Origin: Octopus vulgaris
Taxonomy: Eukaryota
Length of the DNA stretch: 64,000 bases
Direction: 5' to 3'
Assembly (NCBI GenBank): GCA_951406725.2
Contig: OX597824.1
Coordinates: 63,922,001 to 63,986,000 of the forward strand
Of the stretch, positions 49,901 through 62,933 are shown piece by piece. The notes under the pieces are model-generated. The model searched no databases. It was not told where the DNA came from and saw nothing but the letters and a program-made list of their open reading frames with translations. Position numbers and translations under genes: made by a program. Within the stretch, counting starts at the first letter, position 1; each line of letters starts with the position of its first letter.

Positions 49901-50122
49901 CGTCTTATACCAGAATACAATGGACTACCACGGTAATAGTGGAGCCCAAACCATCGCACAACCGTCGCCCTCCCCCAGCCTATAGTACACTGTTCTAATA
50001 CGTTATATTCACACTGTGTAACACGATTGTTGTCCTTGGGTAGCAACTGTTATTTTCTATTTGCTTACCCATAGAAAGTACGAAAACTGGCTAATATTTC
50101 CTTCAAATTCTGCTTTTAAAAA

Positions 50123-50275
50123 TCCTTCTCAACACATGGCTATGATGTTCCCATACTACTCTTGCTCATGATCAGAGATCCACATATTGTCGGCCACTAA
50201 GGGACTTGCTCAAGTGGTTAAGGTCAAGCAAGTGACAAGCAGAAATGTGATATTGAGCAGAATATTTGATATAAC
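50123..50275 (-). mobile_element. Internal fragment of the ~550-bp element
   Basis: ctcaacacatggctatgatg..tgctcatgatcagagat..gccactaaggg..ggttaaggtcaa matches 27575-27720. Confidence 0.8.
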
Positions 50276-50563
50276 GATATTTCTGCTTCAGTAACTCAGC
50301 GCTTAATCTGTCTGAAATGTAATGGGAAATAGGTCAGTTTCAAAACATTGATTCCTCGGAGATAGAAGCAAAGTGTGAAAGGAACAGCAGTCATTTCTTT
50401 TGGTTTCTAGATAAAAGCAAATAGGAAATAACACTTACTGACCATGAACAAAAACTAATTTTGGTTACACAGTATTTATTACTCACAGAACACAACACAC
50501 ACACACACGCACACTCTTGAACGTAAGTGAATACACTCACTCATACATATACACTTAATCTCG

Positions 50564-50601
<38 letters not shown>

Positions 50602-52674
50602 CACACATTTACACATACACACACAAACACACATATGCTCACATTCGTTCGCTTATTCACTCACTGACTCTAGCACAATCGCACGCTCACTCACTCACTT
50701 GCCTGCACTCTCACTCGCTCGTTCGCTCAATTTTTCTCTTTCTCTTTCTATCTCCATCCCTCCCTCTCTCTCTATCCCTCTCTCTCTCTAACACTGTCAC
50801 TCTCCCACACATACACAGGTGCACGTACAAAGACTGGAACATATGCCTATTAACGCTCAATATCCTTCTCATTTAAGGCGGGAACAGGTTTTAGTTTGAA
50901 GGGCGTTTTTTATTTCTCAGAATCCGAATGATAACGCATAAGTTTCATCGCTGGCTCTTTATTGAAGCTGCCTTTTGTATAAACTGCTTTCTTCTTCAAA
51001 CGCGTTTACTAAGGAAACGACAAACTTGTTCCCTAGGTAACGACAATCCCAGTTTCCTAGTTATGCATATATGTTTACCTGTATGTGTTGCAGTGTCTTT
51101 TAACTAATTTAATTAGCATTCTTTGAAACGCTTTATTTTGTGTTCCTCAATAAATAGGGAACAATTTTCCTTTGAAACAAATTTAATTAAAGACAACATT
51201 ATTTTCGAGCTTGATCTTTTATATTAAGGATTTTATTATTCCATTATGTTCAGTGTGCGACAATAGCTTTCCGAAATCCATTTATCCATTAACATTTTAG
51301 GATCTTCATGGTCTTATCATCAGTAAGAAATGTTGCCAATGATGGCCATATATATATATATATATGTGTGTGTGCGTGTGTGTGTGTGTGTATGTATATG
51401 TATTCTTAAAAGAATGGTATTCTGTACACACACACACACATACACATAAAGACATACAAATAAACACTCACTGGTTTTTCAAGCACGGACTTAGTCACGT
51501 TCATGTACCCATACGTATTTTCATTAATTCTAAAATGAATTGAAACTCTTTCATCGTGCAGTTTTTGTCAGTCGTGCTTGGTGTTTGCTGCTGATAAGCT
51601 CTACTGCAAGTTCGAACAGATTCATTTGAATGCAAGAGAATATTTCACATAACATCATCTATTTAGAAGCTTTGAAGCCAGTTCTTTTGAAAACTTTAAC
51701 GATTGAACTTAACAACCTAACACTTCGATATTTGCATCATAAGTTCACAGTATTAACAGTATTAATTTCTGTATTGGATATTAAAAGACTGATTTTAAGA
51801 AAACAAGTTTTTTTTCCTAAGAACTTTGGAAGCTCAATTATAGTTTTATCTTTATTCATCTTTCAGTTAAATAGTTTATCTTGTCATTTCAGCTCTTACA
51901 ATTTGCTTTTATCATCTTGAACATTACTAACGCTATTGCGTAAATGCCACAAACGATTTTCGAGATGTATATGCACTCATGTGTATGCATGTAGAACTGT
52001 TATATATATATATATATATATATATTTGCACGCACACATATTTACGCATACGCACATATGCATATGAATAAATGATTGATACTTTTATGTACACACACAC
52101 ACTTATATAAATACTTATCTAATGTATACGCATACTTATGTAATTGTTTTATATATTTATACACAACACTGGTATGAGAATTATCCCGAGTCAATGAACC
52201 AATTATCTTTCTTTGTTTCGCCCTGTTTACCGTGGTGTTCGTTTTCCCTTCAAAGGCAATATGGTGTCAGTGGAGTGATAAAGCTTTCTCTACAATATTA
52301 TGCAAATAAGAATGGGAATGTGCTTACTGAACTGAAAAGAACATAAAAGGTTCTTTGGTTTTTATCACTTTTTTTCCTTTTGTTTTTCTCTTATGTAATA
52401 TAAGGTTGCCAATAAACTAATCACTAGTTTTCGATATGGCTATGCCTTCAAACTTTAAAAATGTTGTACCTTGTCGGATGTGTTGTCTCTTATAAAAATA
52501 TTTGAATGTTAGTTTTAAATTCTGGCTTATGTGTGGGTCTTGACATCAAGCATTCAGAAGCCGTGCGCAGGCAAAAATGTATAAATCAGCATTTCTCGTA
52601 TTGCGATAGTAGTTTTGACCTGTTTATACGCATTTCACAAGCACCCTTGCTACAATAACTTGTTTCCTGTGTTG

Positions 52675-53070
52675 CACTCTTTTACTTGTTTCAGTCATTT
52701 GACTGCGGCCATGCTGGAGCACCGCCTTCAGTCGAGCAAATCGACCCCGGGATTTATTCTTTGTAAGCCTAGTACTTATTCTATCGGTATCTGTTGCCGA
52801 TCTGCTAAGTTACGGGGACGTAAACACACCAGCATCGGTTGTCAAGCAATGTGGGGGAACAAACACAGACACACAAACATACACACACATACATATATAT
52901 ATGTATATATACGACGAGCTTCTTTCAGTTTCCGTCTACCAAATCCACTCACAAGGCTTTGGTCGGCTCGGGGCTATAGTAGATGACACTTGCCCGAGAT
53001 GCCACGCAGTGAGACTGAACGCAGAACCATGTGGTTGGTAAGCAAGCTACTTACCACGCAGCTACTCCAG
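52675..53070 (-). mobile_element. SINE family D, full length
   Basis: Closely matches 41455-41862. Confidence 0.9.
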
Positions 53071-53219
53071 CACTTTTGACAGTAATGCCTTTCCGTAGCA
53101 TTCGTTCTGCCATTTACAACAATCCTTCAAGATTTCTTTTTGGATTACCACAAAGGGAGTAACTATGGATTCTGAAGCAGTTATTCAACATAATCTGTTG
53201 CAACAAATGTTTTTGTTTT

Positions 53220-53283
<64 letters not shown>

Positions 53284-53444
53284 GGAACATAATTGATTTG
53301 TTACATTAATAGGAAAGGAATTCATGCAATACAATTAAGGGAAACAGTAAAATGAAATATCGTAATATGACATGCAAAAAAATGTTTCTTCGAACTTCAA
53401 CACTCGGGTAGGTTTTTACCTATCAAGTAAATATTTAGATGCAA

Positions 53445-54355
53445 CTAGCAGTATCGCTCGGCGTTGCTCGGATTTGTAAGGAAAATAACTATAAAGCATT
53501 TTTAGTGAGTTATAGCCAAAAAATAGCAAAAAAATGCATTAAAAATGGAAAAAAAAATTATATTAAATTTTTTTTAAATCGTTGGCTCATCGTAGACATT
53601 TTTAGAGAGTTACTTCCCTTATATAATAGCAAAAAAGATGCATTAAAATGGGAAAAAATGATGGTAAATTATTTTTTAAATCGTAGACTCATCGTAGACA
53701 CGCGCTAATACCCAGAAGGGCTCGATATGAATCACGACTATAAGATACCCGGTTTTGGTTAAACTGCACCGCAAAATGTGGGAGTAGTTAGGAATCTAAA
53801 TCGTAGGAGACAGACACACAACTTCACTTTTATATATAAAGATTTGTGCAACAACTAAAACATTCGGTTGTGCAAATTGTTTGCACAGGAAACCTGCCCT
53901 GTGTGGCGGTTTTTGCCGTTTTTGTGGATCTGTTTCAGCTTTTTTAGCGATTTCTGTTTTGGCGACTTCAAGCCATGAAGTCGTTGTTCTAAAAGAACGC
54001 TGGTCTCCTTGACAACGCTTTACGACGTTGATTTCCTTACACTCCCTTCCCCACAGCTTCACGAGGGAGGGAAGAAGGGTGAGAAGCAACACAGGTGCAG
54101 GTGTGAGCATGGACGCCATCTCCGCCGCCATCGACACACGAAAAAATATGCGTTAAAATGGAAAAAAATTATGGTAAATTATTTTTTAAATCGTAGACTC
54201 ATCGTAGACGCGCGCTAATACCCAACGGGCTCGATATGAATCACGACTATAAGATACCCGAATTTGGTTAAACTGCACCGCAAAATGTGGGAGTAGTTAG
54301 GAATCTAAATCGTAGGAGACAGACACTCACACAACTTCACTTTTATATATATAGA
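53445..54355 (-). mobile_element. Non-autonomous Helitron (5'-TC...CTAG-3', inserted at A|T) with a duplicated 5' module
   Basis: Minus strand reads A|TCTATATATATAAAAG...ccgagcaacgccgagcgatactgCTAG|T. A second 5' terminus sits at 53842. ~210-bp direct repeat at 53630-53843 and 54140-54356. Confidence 0.85.
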
Positions 54356-54785
54356 TGTCATTTCTTTAATATCCTCGATCGAATACGACGCCGAAAGAAC
54401 ACTTATATGGAAAGTGTAATTCAAACTCGACCCAAAACACTCTAAAACTGATGAGAGGGGAGAACGTCACAGCGTCACGGGCGTCTCGACACAGCGAAAT
54501 CGGCGGCTTTATTGATTGTATTTATAGGCTGTGTTCACGGAAAGTTCCAGACAGGCTACCGAACTATCACGTGAACAACAACATTGGATAAAATCTCAAT
54601 TGCGCTCATGACCAAACTATGATTGAATTGTGATTTGAGATTCGTATGTTGCAGAATGCAGGATCGAATCCAATGCTACAGAATATTTCGGATTAGTGAT
54701 CTTTTTCTGTCCTAGTTCTTTCCAACAATTTTCCGGGGAATTCCAAGTAATAAAATATTTCATTGAAAACTGCATCTTTCGATCC

Positions 54786-54819
<34 letters not shown>

Positions 54820-55021
54820 TGTAGTAGAGAGAATTGAGATATTTGTAGTGATAACAGATACCTACTTATTACAATTTGATTAATATTGCTGGTCGGATCA
54901 AAGGGTTTTTTTTTTTCTAAAACCATATCCAGTCAATTGAACGCTGATATATCTAAGATCTCGAAAATGTATTCTTTAATGACCCATACTAACTGAACCG
55001 ACTTTGCAGAGTTCAAGATTT

Positions 55022-55089
<68 letters not shown>

Positions 55090-55555
55090 TGCGTGTGTGT
55101 GTGGGAATTTAAAAAGAATTTCGGGAACTTTTTGGAAGGTTAAGATTAAGAGTTAAGGTATTAATTCATGTTTGTTTCATTAAGTTTAACTAGAATAGCA
55201 AAACATTAATTCAAATTATGAGTGTGTGTATGCTTGTGGGGGGAGGGGCAAATATGAGGGTGTTAGACTCACTATCTCAAGGTCGTACGTTCAATTCCTG
55301 AACCCAACATGTGTCTTTGAGTAAGTCACACATTCCACAAAACGATTCTTGTCTAGTCAACGGTAGAGAATATCTGCCAAGTACTGCTTTCTCTTCTCCT
55401 AAATGTCACATCCTGGTTGCGTCACTTGGTCAAGGATGAGATGGCTGAGAGGATGTCTATATTTGTGTGTGAGAGAGAGAGACAGAGAGAGAGAAAGAGT
55501 ATGTGTGTGTATATGTGTGTATGTAAACACGCGTGACTTATAGTAGCTATGATTT

Positions 55556-55611
<56 letters not shown>

Positions 55612-55816
55612 ACTGATTTACATCGACGAAATATGAAAATATCGGCAATGTAACCGAAAACACAGGCAGCCTTCGAAGTTTCTTGTGAAATTTGTTTTGC
55701 ACCGGTTTGCACAATTTCTCTTATCTCTCACTCTCAGCATTAGAAATACTGTGAACCATGGGTTCATTGGAAGCCAACATTCAATGAAGCTCTTCTTCAG
55801 CAATTGCCATAATTAA

Positions 55817-55889
<73 letters not shown>

Positions 55890-56289
55890 GGTTAAAGATT
55901 TCGGAAATGGTAATATAATCTGAGTATACAAAACTGATGTAGTACTGGACACGAAACAATATAGTTCTAAACTACCCAGAACTATCAAGTTTCTATGAGC
56001 TCTCTCAACCGGCTAGAAATAGCAACCAAAATATACCTCATCCCCACCATCTTTAAAACTTAAAGGTAAAAAAAAAGCGTTTAACAATACAGTTCGGCTT
56101 ACGCAGTTCTTGAAAATAATGCGTCTGGAACGCCTTTAATCACAAGTTTGAATAATTAGGGTTGTTCTGAAGCAAACAAACCAAGTAACAATCACTACAG
56201 CCAGACTAAATGCTGGTCTAAAATACATTTTATATAGTTTTTCTCATTGTTCTGTCTTGTGAAATCTTAGTCCATCCCTTGCAGCTTAA

Positions 56290-56890
56290 TTCAAACTCCA
56301 ACCTCTCATCCACATGTGAGTTGTCTCTCCTTTCTCACATATTTGTCGCTACTATAACGGTTTCTGCTGCTCTGAGCTTATTGGTCTCGTACCCCGCTCA
56401 CTTGGACATTGGCAACTCTTCGTCTCTCTACTTCTCAACAACTTTGTTATATCGAGTGCCACGGCCTATGTACTAACCACATTTTCCGGTACTTCTTCCT
56501 CAGAACACAACCTTTTGAGGTCTACTCCCTGCTCACGTGTTTCCTGTTTATTCTCTCTTCTTATTCTGTCTTTCTCACTCCATCTCTCACTCTCTTCATT
56601 TAACCTCGTTGTAATATACATTGTGTCTTCATTTCCAAACATCCTATTCCACTCACCAGCCATCTTCATTTTACTTGAAACCTACCATATAGTAAAGAGC
56701 TATCTTATTTGGTATCATATATTTTTAGTTCTTTCTTTGACATCTCAGTTCTTTTCACTATATAATTTGTCACAATCTTCATTATAGGTATCTCCTGAAA
56801 TCTTCTCTTTGCTCGTGTATTTCCTGCAAACATCGACCTGCTACAGTTTACAACGGAGCATTAACGGCATCAAGCTCACTGGTCTCAGAC
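56290..56890 (+). mobile_element. Decayed 3' end(s) of a CR1/L2-group LINE
   Basis: CRYYNGFCCSELIGLVP, YFFLRT, LPAHVFP, RVFPANIDL (cf. FYRYY.G.CS.EL..VP..SFFPRT..LWN.LP..VFP). Confidence 0.5.
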
Positions 56891-57451
56891 GGCCTAAGAA
56901 AGGTCATGGCATCATGGGTTCTGGCCTCTTTCTTCAAACTTAGCAAGAAAAAGAATTATAGATGCTAAAAATGCGAGAAGAGAATGAATTTATTCGAAAT
57001 ATACTTATTGGATTATTTTATTTATTAATTTTTTTCACTTGAAATCTCATTTCGATAACACTTTCTGAAGTGAATGAAATAAATGGTTAAGATAAGCAGA
57101 GGAGAAGCGAAGATAGAAACACGGGGATAAATAGAGATTAGGGTGACAGTGAGAAAGAGGAACAAAAGAATCTACATTTTATTTTATTGATTCTAAGGAA
57201 TCAACAGCGTTTATATTGTGACAATATTAATAATAAAGTTCCATTCGGTTAAATTCGGAATAATAATATTGCCGTATTTAATGAAGAGAATAGAGGAATA
57301 AATAAATATAAAAATCATTTGTAAAAAATATGAGATTGGAAGAAATAAACGAAACTTTATTCCTTACATTCATACAAAAGAAAGATGTTTGTTTCCTTGA
57401 TCTTAAAGAATAAAAAACATTTATTCGATGACAATTTCTGTAATAATAATA

Positions 57452-57503
<52 letters not shown>

Positions 57504-57530
57504 TGATGACAACATTGACGACGACGATGG

Positions 57531-57587
<57 letters not shown>

Positions 57588-58330
57588 CTGTTCTTCCTAA
57601 ATTCAAAACAATATTCTCGAATTTAATGTCATGAAATTGAAAATCTTGTTAATATAGAATCACTGAAGCAGATGAATGTTTAATTTTATTACAAAAAAAA
57701 AAAACTCAAACATGTGCATACTCACACTCACACACAAATATATATATGAATGTATGTGTGTGTGCGTGCGTACGAACGTACGTATGTATGTTTGTATGTA
57801 TGTATGCATGTATGTATGCATGCATGCATGTATGTATGTATGTATGTATGTATTATGTGTGTGTGTATGTATGTATGTATGTATGCATGTATGTATGCAT
57901 GTATGTATGTATGTAGTATCTGGCACTCGTGTGTGTTTCTATCTGTGTTGGTGTGCTTTATAGTGATCTGGTTTGACAACTGACAACGAAACTAACAGGA
58001 TGCTGATGAGGATGCTGACGATGGCAGCAGCAATGGAGTGCAGCTGGTGGTGGTGAGTAAGGTGAGTAAAAGAAACAGCAACAACAACAACAACAATGCC
58101 AACTTCAACTTTGTATTGTGAGACAAAACCTCTACGATAACAATGGAAGAATTTATTCAGATGTAGAGTAGAAGAATTATCGGAGGATAGTAAGAACGGT
58201 AGCAGCGAGGGGGTGGTTCTGTGGTTGTTGGCTGTTCTGGCAACGGTGACACCAGTATAGATGGCGACAACTAAGTTGACCTCACAGAGATCTAATAGAG
58301 CTGAAACATCTACAATCGTCTAATTAACTT

Positions 58331-58580
58331 AGTCTTTTCCAACCATTCTGTATCTATGGACCCCTGTGTTTCCTATTTTACTCCGATGAACGCTCATAGT
58401 CATTCAATGTTTTTTAAAAATGCTATTATATTCTTATAATTAAATATTAGAAATTATAATAATTAAACTGTTGAAATATTTTGTTTTACAGCAATATTAG
58501 CAATTTATTGCAGATAAATTTTAACAACAAAATATCATACGGACCCCAAGGGTTATATGGACCTCGACTGAGAACCACTG
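58331..58580. mobile_element. hAT/Charlie-like non-autonomous element
   Basis: Right end ggacc...gagaaccactg and repeated ggacccc subterminal motifs. The left end is degenerate and there is no clear TSD. Confidence 0.45.
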
Positions 58581-58795
58581 GTCCAAATGAATACTGCATT
58601 AATTACTAAATTAATGAGCTTTTTACTTAAAAGTGTATATCTAATTAGATTTCTCATAATAACTATATTAAATATATTAAAACAAGCTACAGATTTTAAC
58701 GCATAAGGCGTCTCTAAATAATTAACCTCACTGATATCAATTGTGTGTGTGTGTGTGCGCGCGCGCGTGTTTATGTGTACATAGATACATAGAAA

Positions 58796-59016
58796 TGAGG
58801 GGGTATTGAAAATTTCCTGGCTTTAAGGGTATCGCAAAAGGTCTGGTTAGAGTCCCAAACTTCAGAGTTCTTTTACAGGGCTTAGAAAAACTGAAGGACT
58901 GCTGCAATAAGTGTGTGAATCTTAGAGTGGAATATGTTGATTAAAATCATAATTAACTGATCCTCCTGTATTTTTCTTTTACTCAAAACCAGCAACTTTT
59001 CAGCCCCCGCCCCTCG
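58796..59016 (+). mobile_element. Mariner-derived MITE (internal deletion)
   Basis: Degenerate TIRs gaggggg..tgaaaa.tt.ctgg.ttt. Retains the transposase C-terminus GLEKLKDCCNKCVNLRVEYVD*. Confidence 0.8.
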
Positions 59017-59142
59017 TATATGTATTAATCATTAGCGACGGAAGCGGCATTAAAACCAAAATGTCATCTTTATATCCAACGTAACATACACGTCTTGTTA
59101 GAACTCCGAATAGTGCGTTATTAGCATTGAGAGATCCTCTCG

Positions 59143-59410
59143 TATAGGCGCCTAGTGTATAAAAGCACATACATATATCGTAGCAGACGAGAATCGACTC
59201 TCATGGGCGCCGGAATTCGAATATTAAGTTTCAATGAGCCTGCTTGGCTGTTTGCAACACCAGTAACTGAAAAGCAACGGTGACCGGACGCTTCCCACTG
59301 AAGATCTTCAGTCGATTGAAATCACTTGACATGAGAGTTTCGGTACCCATGACAAACGATTCTCGTCTGCTATGAGCTATGTGTGTGCTTCTATGCACCA
59401 AGCGCCTATG
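59143..59410. mobile_element. MITE with ~90-bp terminal inverted repeats
   Basis: ataggcgcctagtgtataaaagcacatacata..tagcagacgagaatcg..tcatggg pairs with cccatga..cgattctcgtctgcta..tatgtgtgtgcttctatgcaccaagcgcctat. Confidence 0.85.
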
Positions 59411-59649
59411 TAGGTATACTGATTAATCCTGTTTCGCAGGTATAATTGGGAAATATCCAATGTAATGAATATAGAATAAATTGTTTTGTTTATATTTGTA
59501 CAATTACAGAATCTTGTCGAACCATGTTGCTCATAATTTCATAAGTACTCAAACATTGAGATCTAAGACGGTAGTACTTAAGTGATATTTGATGAAGTAC
59601 TCAACAAAGTTGATTATCTCTGATATATGTAAGCTGGATTAATAATGAT

Positions 59650-59683
<34 letters not shown>

Positions 59684-59939
59684 TGTATGTATGTATGTAT
59701 GTATGTATGTATGTATGTGTATGTATGTATGTCATTATTCAGTTATTTTTCAAGATTTTTTTGTTAATGGCGAAACAGCCGGTTTCTAACCTAGATCCAA
59801 GGCTCCATCATTGGAATTTCAACATCAACAACAGGGCATTTTTGCTTGTTTGTATGTATGTATTCATATGTGCAGATTTGTGTGTTTTGTTTTATGTATG
59901 TATTCTCATGCACATTGTTGCATATCTAGACATGCTCGT

Positions 59940-61050
59940 ATATACCTAAATAATAAACTTCCGGAGAGTTTTACAGATTTTCCTATTCAAGCTTTAAATA
60001 AAAGTTAAAACAAATTACATACGAAAAGCGTTTATTCATCAAAATATGACCCATCATATTCTGCTGTCTGTTGCCGTCGTTGTGCCAGAAGCTCAATTAC
60101 ACGCTTCAACTATTTAGCTGGTTTACAGGCAAAAAGGCCGTTTTCAACCTTATCCACATTGTTGAGTCTCCTTCTATACAGGATATGAACTACGACTCGG
60201 AAAACCTGGTAATCTGAAGATGCAAGGTCTGGACTGTAGACAAAGTGAGGCAGCACTTCAGTCCCAAGAGTTCCTAAAGTTTGTGCCTGGTCACATCGGC
60301 AGTGCGTTCTAGGGCATTGCCATGTGCGTCTTCGAATGACAAATGCTACGTAGCGATCTTTCAAAGTATCATATACCCGCTGCAGTTGTTGCGCATGAAG
60401 GTTAGCATTCACAGAATGACCATCACTGGGACGAGTTCAAAGTGCAACACCCCATCGAAATTCTACGAAGCACACAACATCAACTTCTTTTCAAACCCCA
60501 CTTGTTTAACTACAGGTTTTGAAGCCTGGTAGGAACGAAGCCACTGATTTCTCTAACTAGGATTGCGAAAATAGGTCTATTTTTCATCCCTAGTTACAAT
60601 TAGGCACCAAAAATGAGCATCTCGAGGATTTACCAGCAGTCGTTTGCAAATGTTCACACGTCGTTGATCCTAGTCATTTGTTAGTTCATGAGGAACTTCT
60701 CGACAGCGTATATTCACAAGTCCTAGCTTATGAAGGTCAAGTGACGATCGATGGTACTTTATGATAGACTAAGATCTGCCGACAATTTACAAGTGCTTGT
60801 GCTTGGCTATTGCTCAAAATTTTAATCAAGGCCTCATCTTCCACAGCAGAAAGTCTCCTTGAATTTGGTTTATCTTCGAGATTGGAGTCACCTTCCTTGA
60901 AATGTCTGCACTAGTTTTGTGTTAAACGTTCGTTCACAGTTCCAGAATCTTCCGCATCGTTAATTTCTTTTACCTCTGCTTTTGCACTCAATCCTTTCTT
61001 ACAAACATGGTGTTAAATGGTTCTAATTGCAATTTTTTACCACTAATTGT
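59940..61050 (-). mobile_element. Degenerate mariner transposon
   Basis: EVLPHFVYSPDLASSDYQVF; VNERLTQN*CRHFKEGDSNLEDKP (HTH linker region). Ends are not well defined. Confidence 0.8.
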
Positions 61051-61076
61051 GTATGTCTGTGTGTTTGTGTGTGTGT

Positions 61077-61134
<58 letters not shown>

Positions 61135-61199
61135 TGACTCTTTTAAATTCTACCAATATTTGTTTGGACCCATCGGTCTCAAAATAGTCAACTTTGTTG

Positions 61200-61600
61200 A
61201 AAATTTCCTTTTTCTTAGTCAGTACTAGACTATTCTGGTTATCGAATCTCATGTCTATTGGGAAGAAAATATATAGATGACAGTCTCTGGCAGTGAGCAG
61301 TCTTCGATTTTAGTTTTGCACAGCCTATATTTATCAAATCAATGTTTCCTACCGTTTATGCTCTAGAACTTTGTAGGGATCTCTTGTTCTTGAATTGCAT
61401 GGAGGTAGCCTTCAAAATGGGATGTCATAAACTTGTCGGTACTCTATGCCAACTTTTAATATAGCTTATTCTCTTTATGACATGCGTCTTTCGTGTCAAG
61501 CAGCCATGCACTATCTTCTCAATGAACTACATCAGATTTATAATTTGGTCTTCTGATTAATAGAATTCACTAATCCTCCTTGGGATGATATGCACGTCAC
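61200..61600 (-). mobile_element. Highly decayed R4/Dong-like LINE fragment
   Basis: MTSHFEGYLHAIQEQEIPTK (cf. SETEGFIIAAQDQ), followed by YRLCK..ED and an RH(D/E)-like region. Confidence 0.55.
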
Positions 61601-62864
61601 TTCGCCTCTCAGTTTTATTTCAAGATTTCTTGCTATTAGAGAAAGAACCGATTTCTATACATTAACAATGTGAGCAATTATAATGTATATAAAAATGTAG
61701 AACGGCATTAGCTGTAACATTTCGTTTACAAAAAATTCTCTTAAGCTGCTTAGTGTGTTAAAAACATATAACTCGCTGAGAATATTTTCAGCGGATCGTC
61801 AGAGACTTGTGTTTCGACTTGATTTGGTCTCCTCAGTGGCATACACTTTCGGACTGCCTGTGCAATCTCGAAATCCTCGTTCCGATATAGAAAGCAATAA
61901 ACAAAGCTTTCACTGATTTGTGCGAAAGCTGAATGTAGGTTAAAATAACGGTGTGTATATAACATTTAAAATATCTATATACACGTAGATCTTGTATATA
62001 CCCTACTTAAGACAGTAGGGCATGATTTGAACGATGTTTGGTTGCTATTTCTGGTAGGTTGAACGATTACATAGAGACCCTTCATTGAATCTACTGAGAT
62101 TATGAATTAGGTAAATCTAAGATATATTTTTCAAATTAAAATGCAAACAAAATATTAAATAAAAAAGAAACAAACACAGATTCGTTTGAATTTTAGCAAA
62201 ATATTTATTGATCAGAAAAAAATTCAATATTTAATATAATATTCATTATCTTTTGTATGTGGTCTATGGCATGTAAGCCAGCAGTAAAATCGTCCCATGC
62301 ATGTGAGCAGCACTCAAATTTAGATATCAATTAATTAAATTTAACCAAATTAATGTTATAAATTAATTAATACCGATTAGCTGCACTTTTTTTTTTTATT
62401 CGGACGAGACTTTCTGAATACACTTTAGCAAGATTATATTCTTTTATATCAAATTTAAAAGTAAATATGAATAATTTTTTTGTTCTTATTTTATGTCGTG
62501 TGTGTTATACAGCTGTATGCGTGTGTGTGAGTGTATATGTGTGGGCGTGTGTTGTGAGTGTATACGTACGGGTGTATGTCTGTGTATAAATATAAATCTA
62601 TATGAAAACATCAGTAATTATATAATTTATTAGGTGCACGCAATGAATCATTAGCGGTTTGGCAGTTACCGAGCTATTCACAATCAGTATGTTTACGTTC
62701 GAATCTGCAAGAACGTATTAAGAATGAATAGGATACGTTGTCGTTCGGATTCTCGTTGTTCTGCGCGCATCATATCAATTACTATCTCTTTAGTAAACAT
62801 CGCAAGCATCAGCAGATAATTTGTTTGCTTATTTCTAGAAACAAGGTCCACAACTCGTGTTTAG

Positions 62865-62933
62865 ATTCATTGTCCTGATATAGCTTTGACTGAAGAGACA
62901 CACAATAAGGTCGAAACACCTCATCAATGAATC
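62865..62933 (+). ncRNA. Degenerate hammerhead ribozyme-like motif
   Basis: CTGAAGA-gac(loop)gtc-GAAAC; flanks gattcattg and caatgaatc are complementary; cleavage triplet imperfect. Confidence 0.35.

Noticed and set aside
51480-51960. Non-repetitive stretch and ORF 51630-51920 as a possible host exon
   Set aside because: No recognisable domain or convincing splice signals; it cannot be supported without transcript data.
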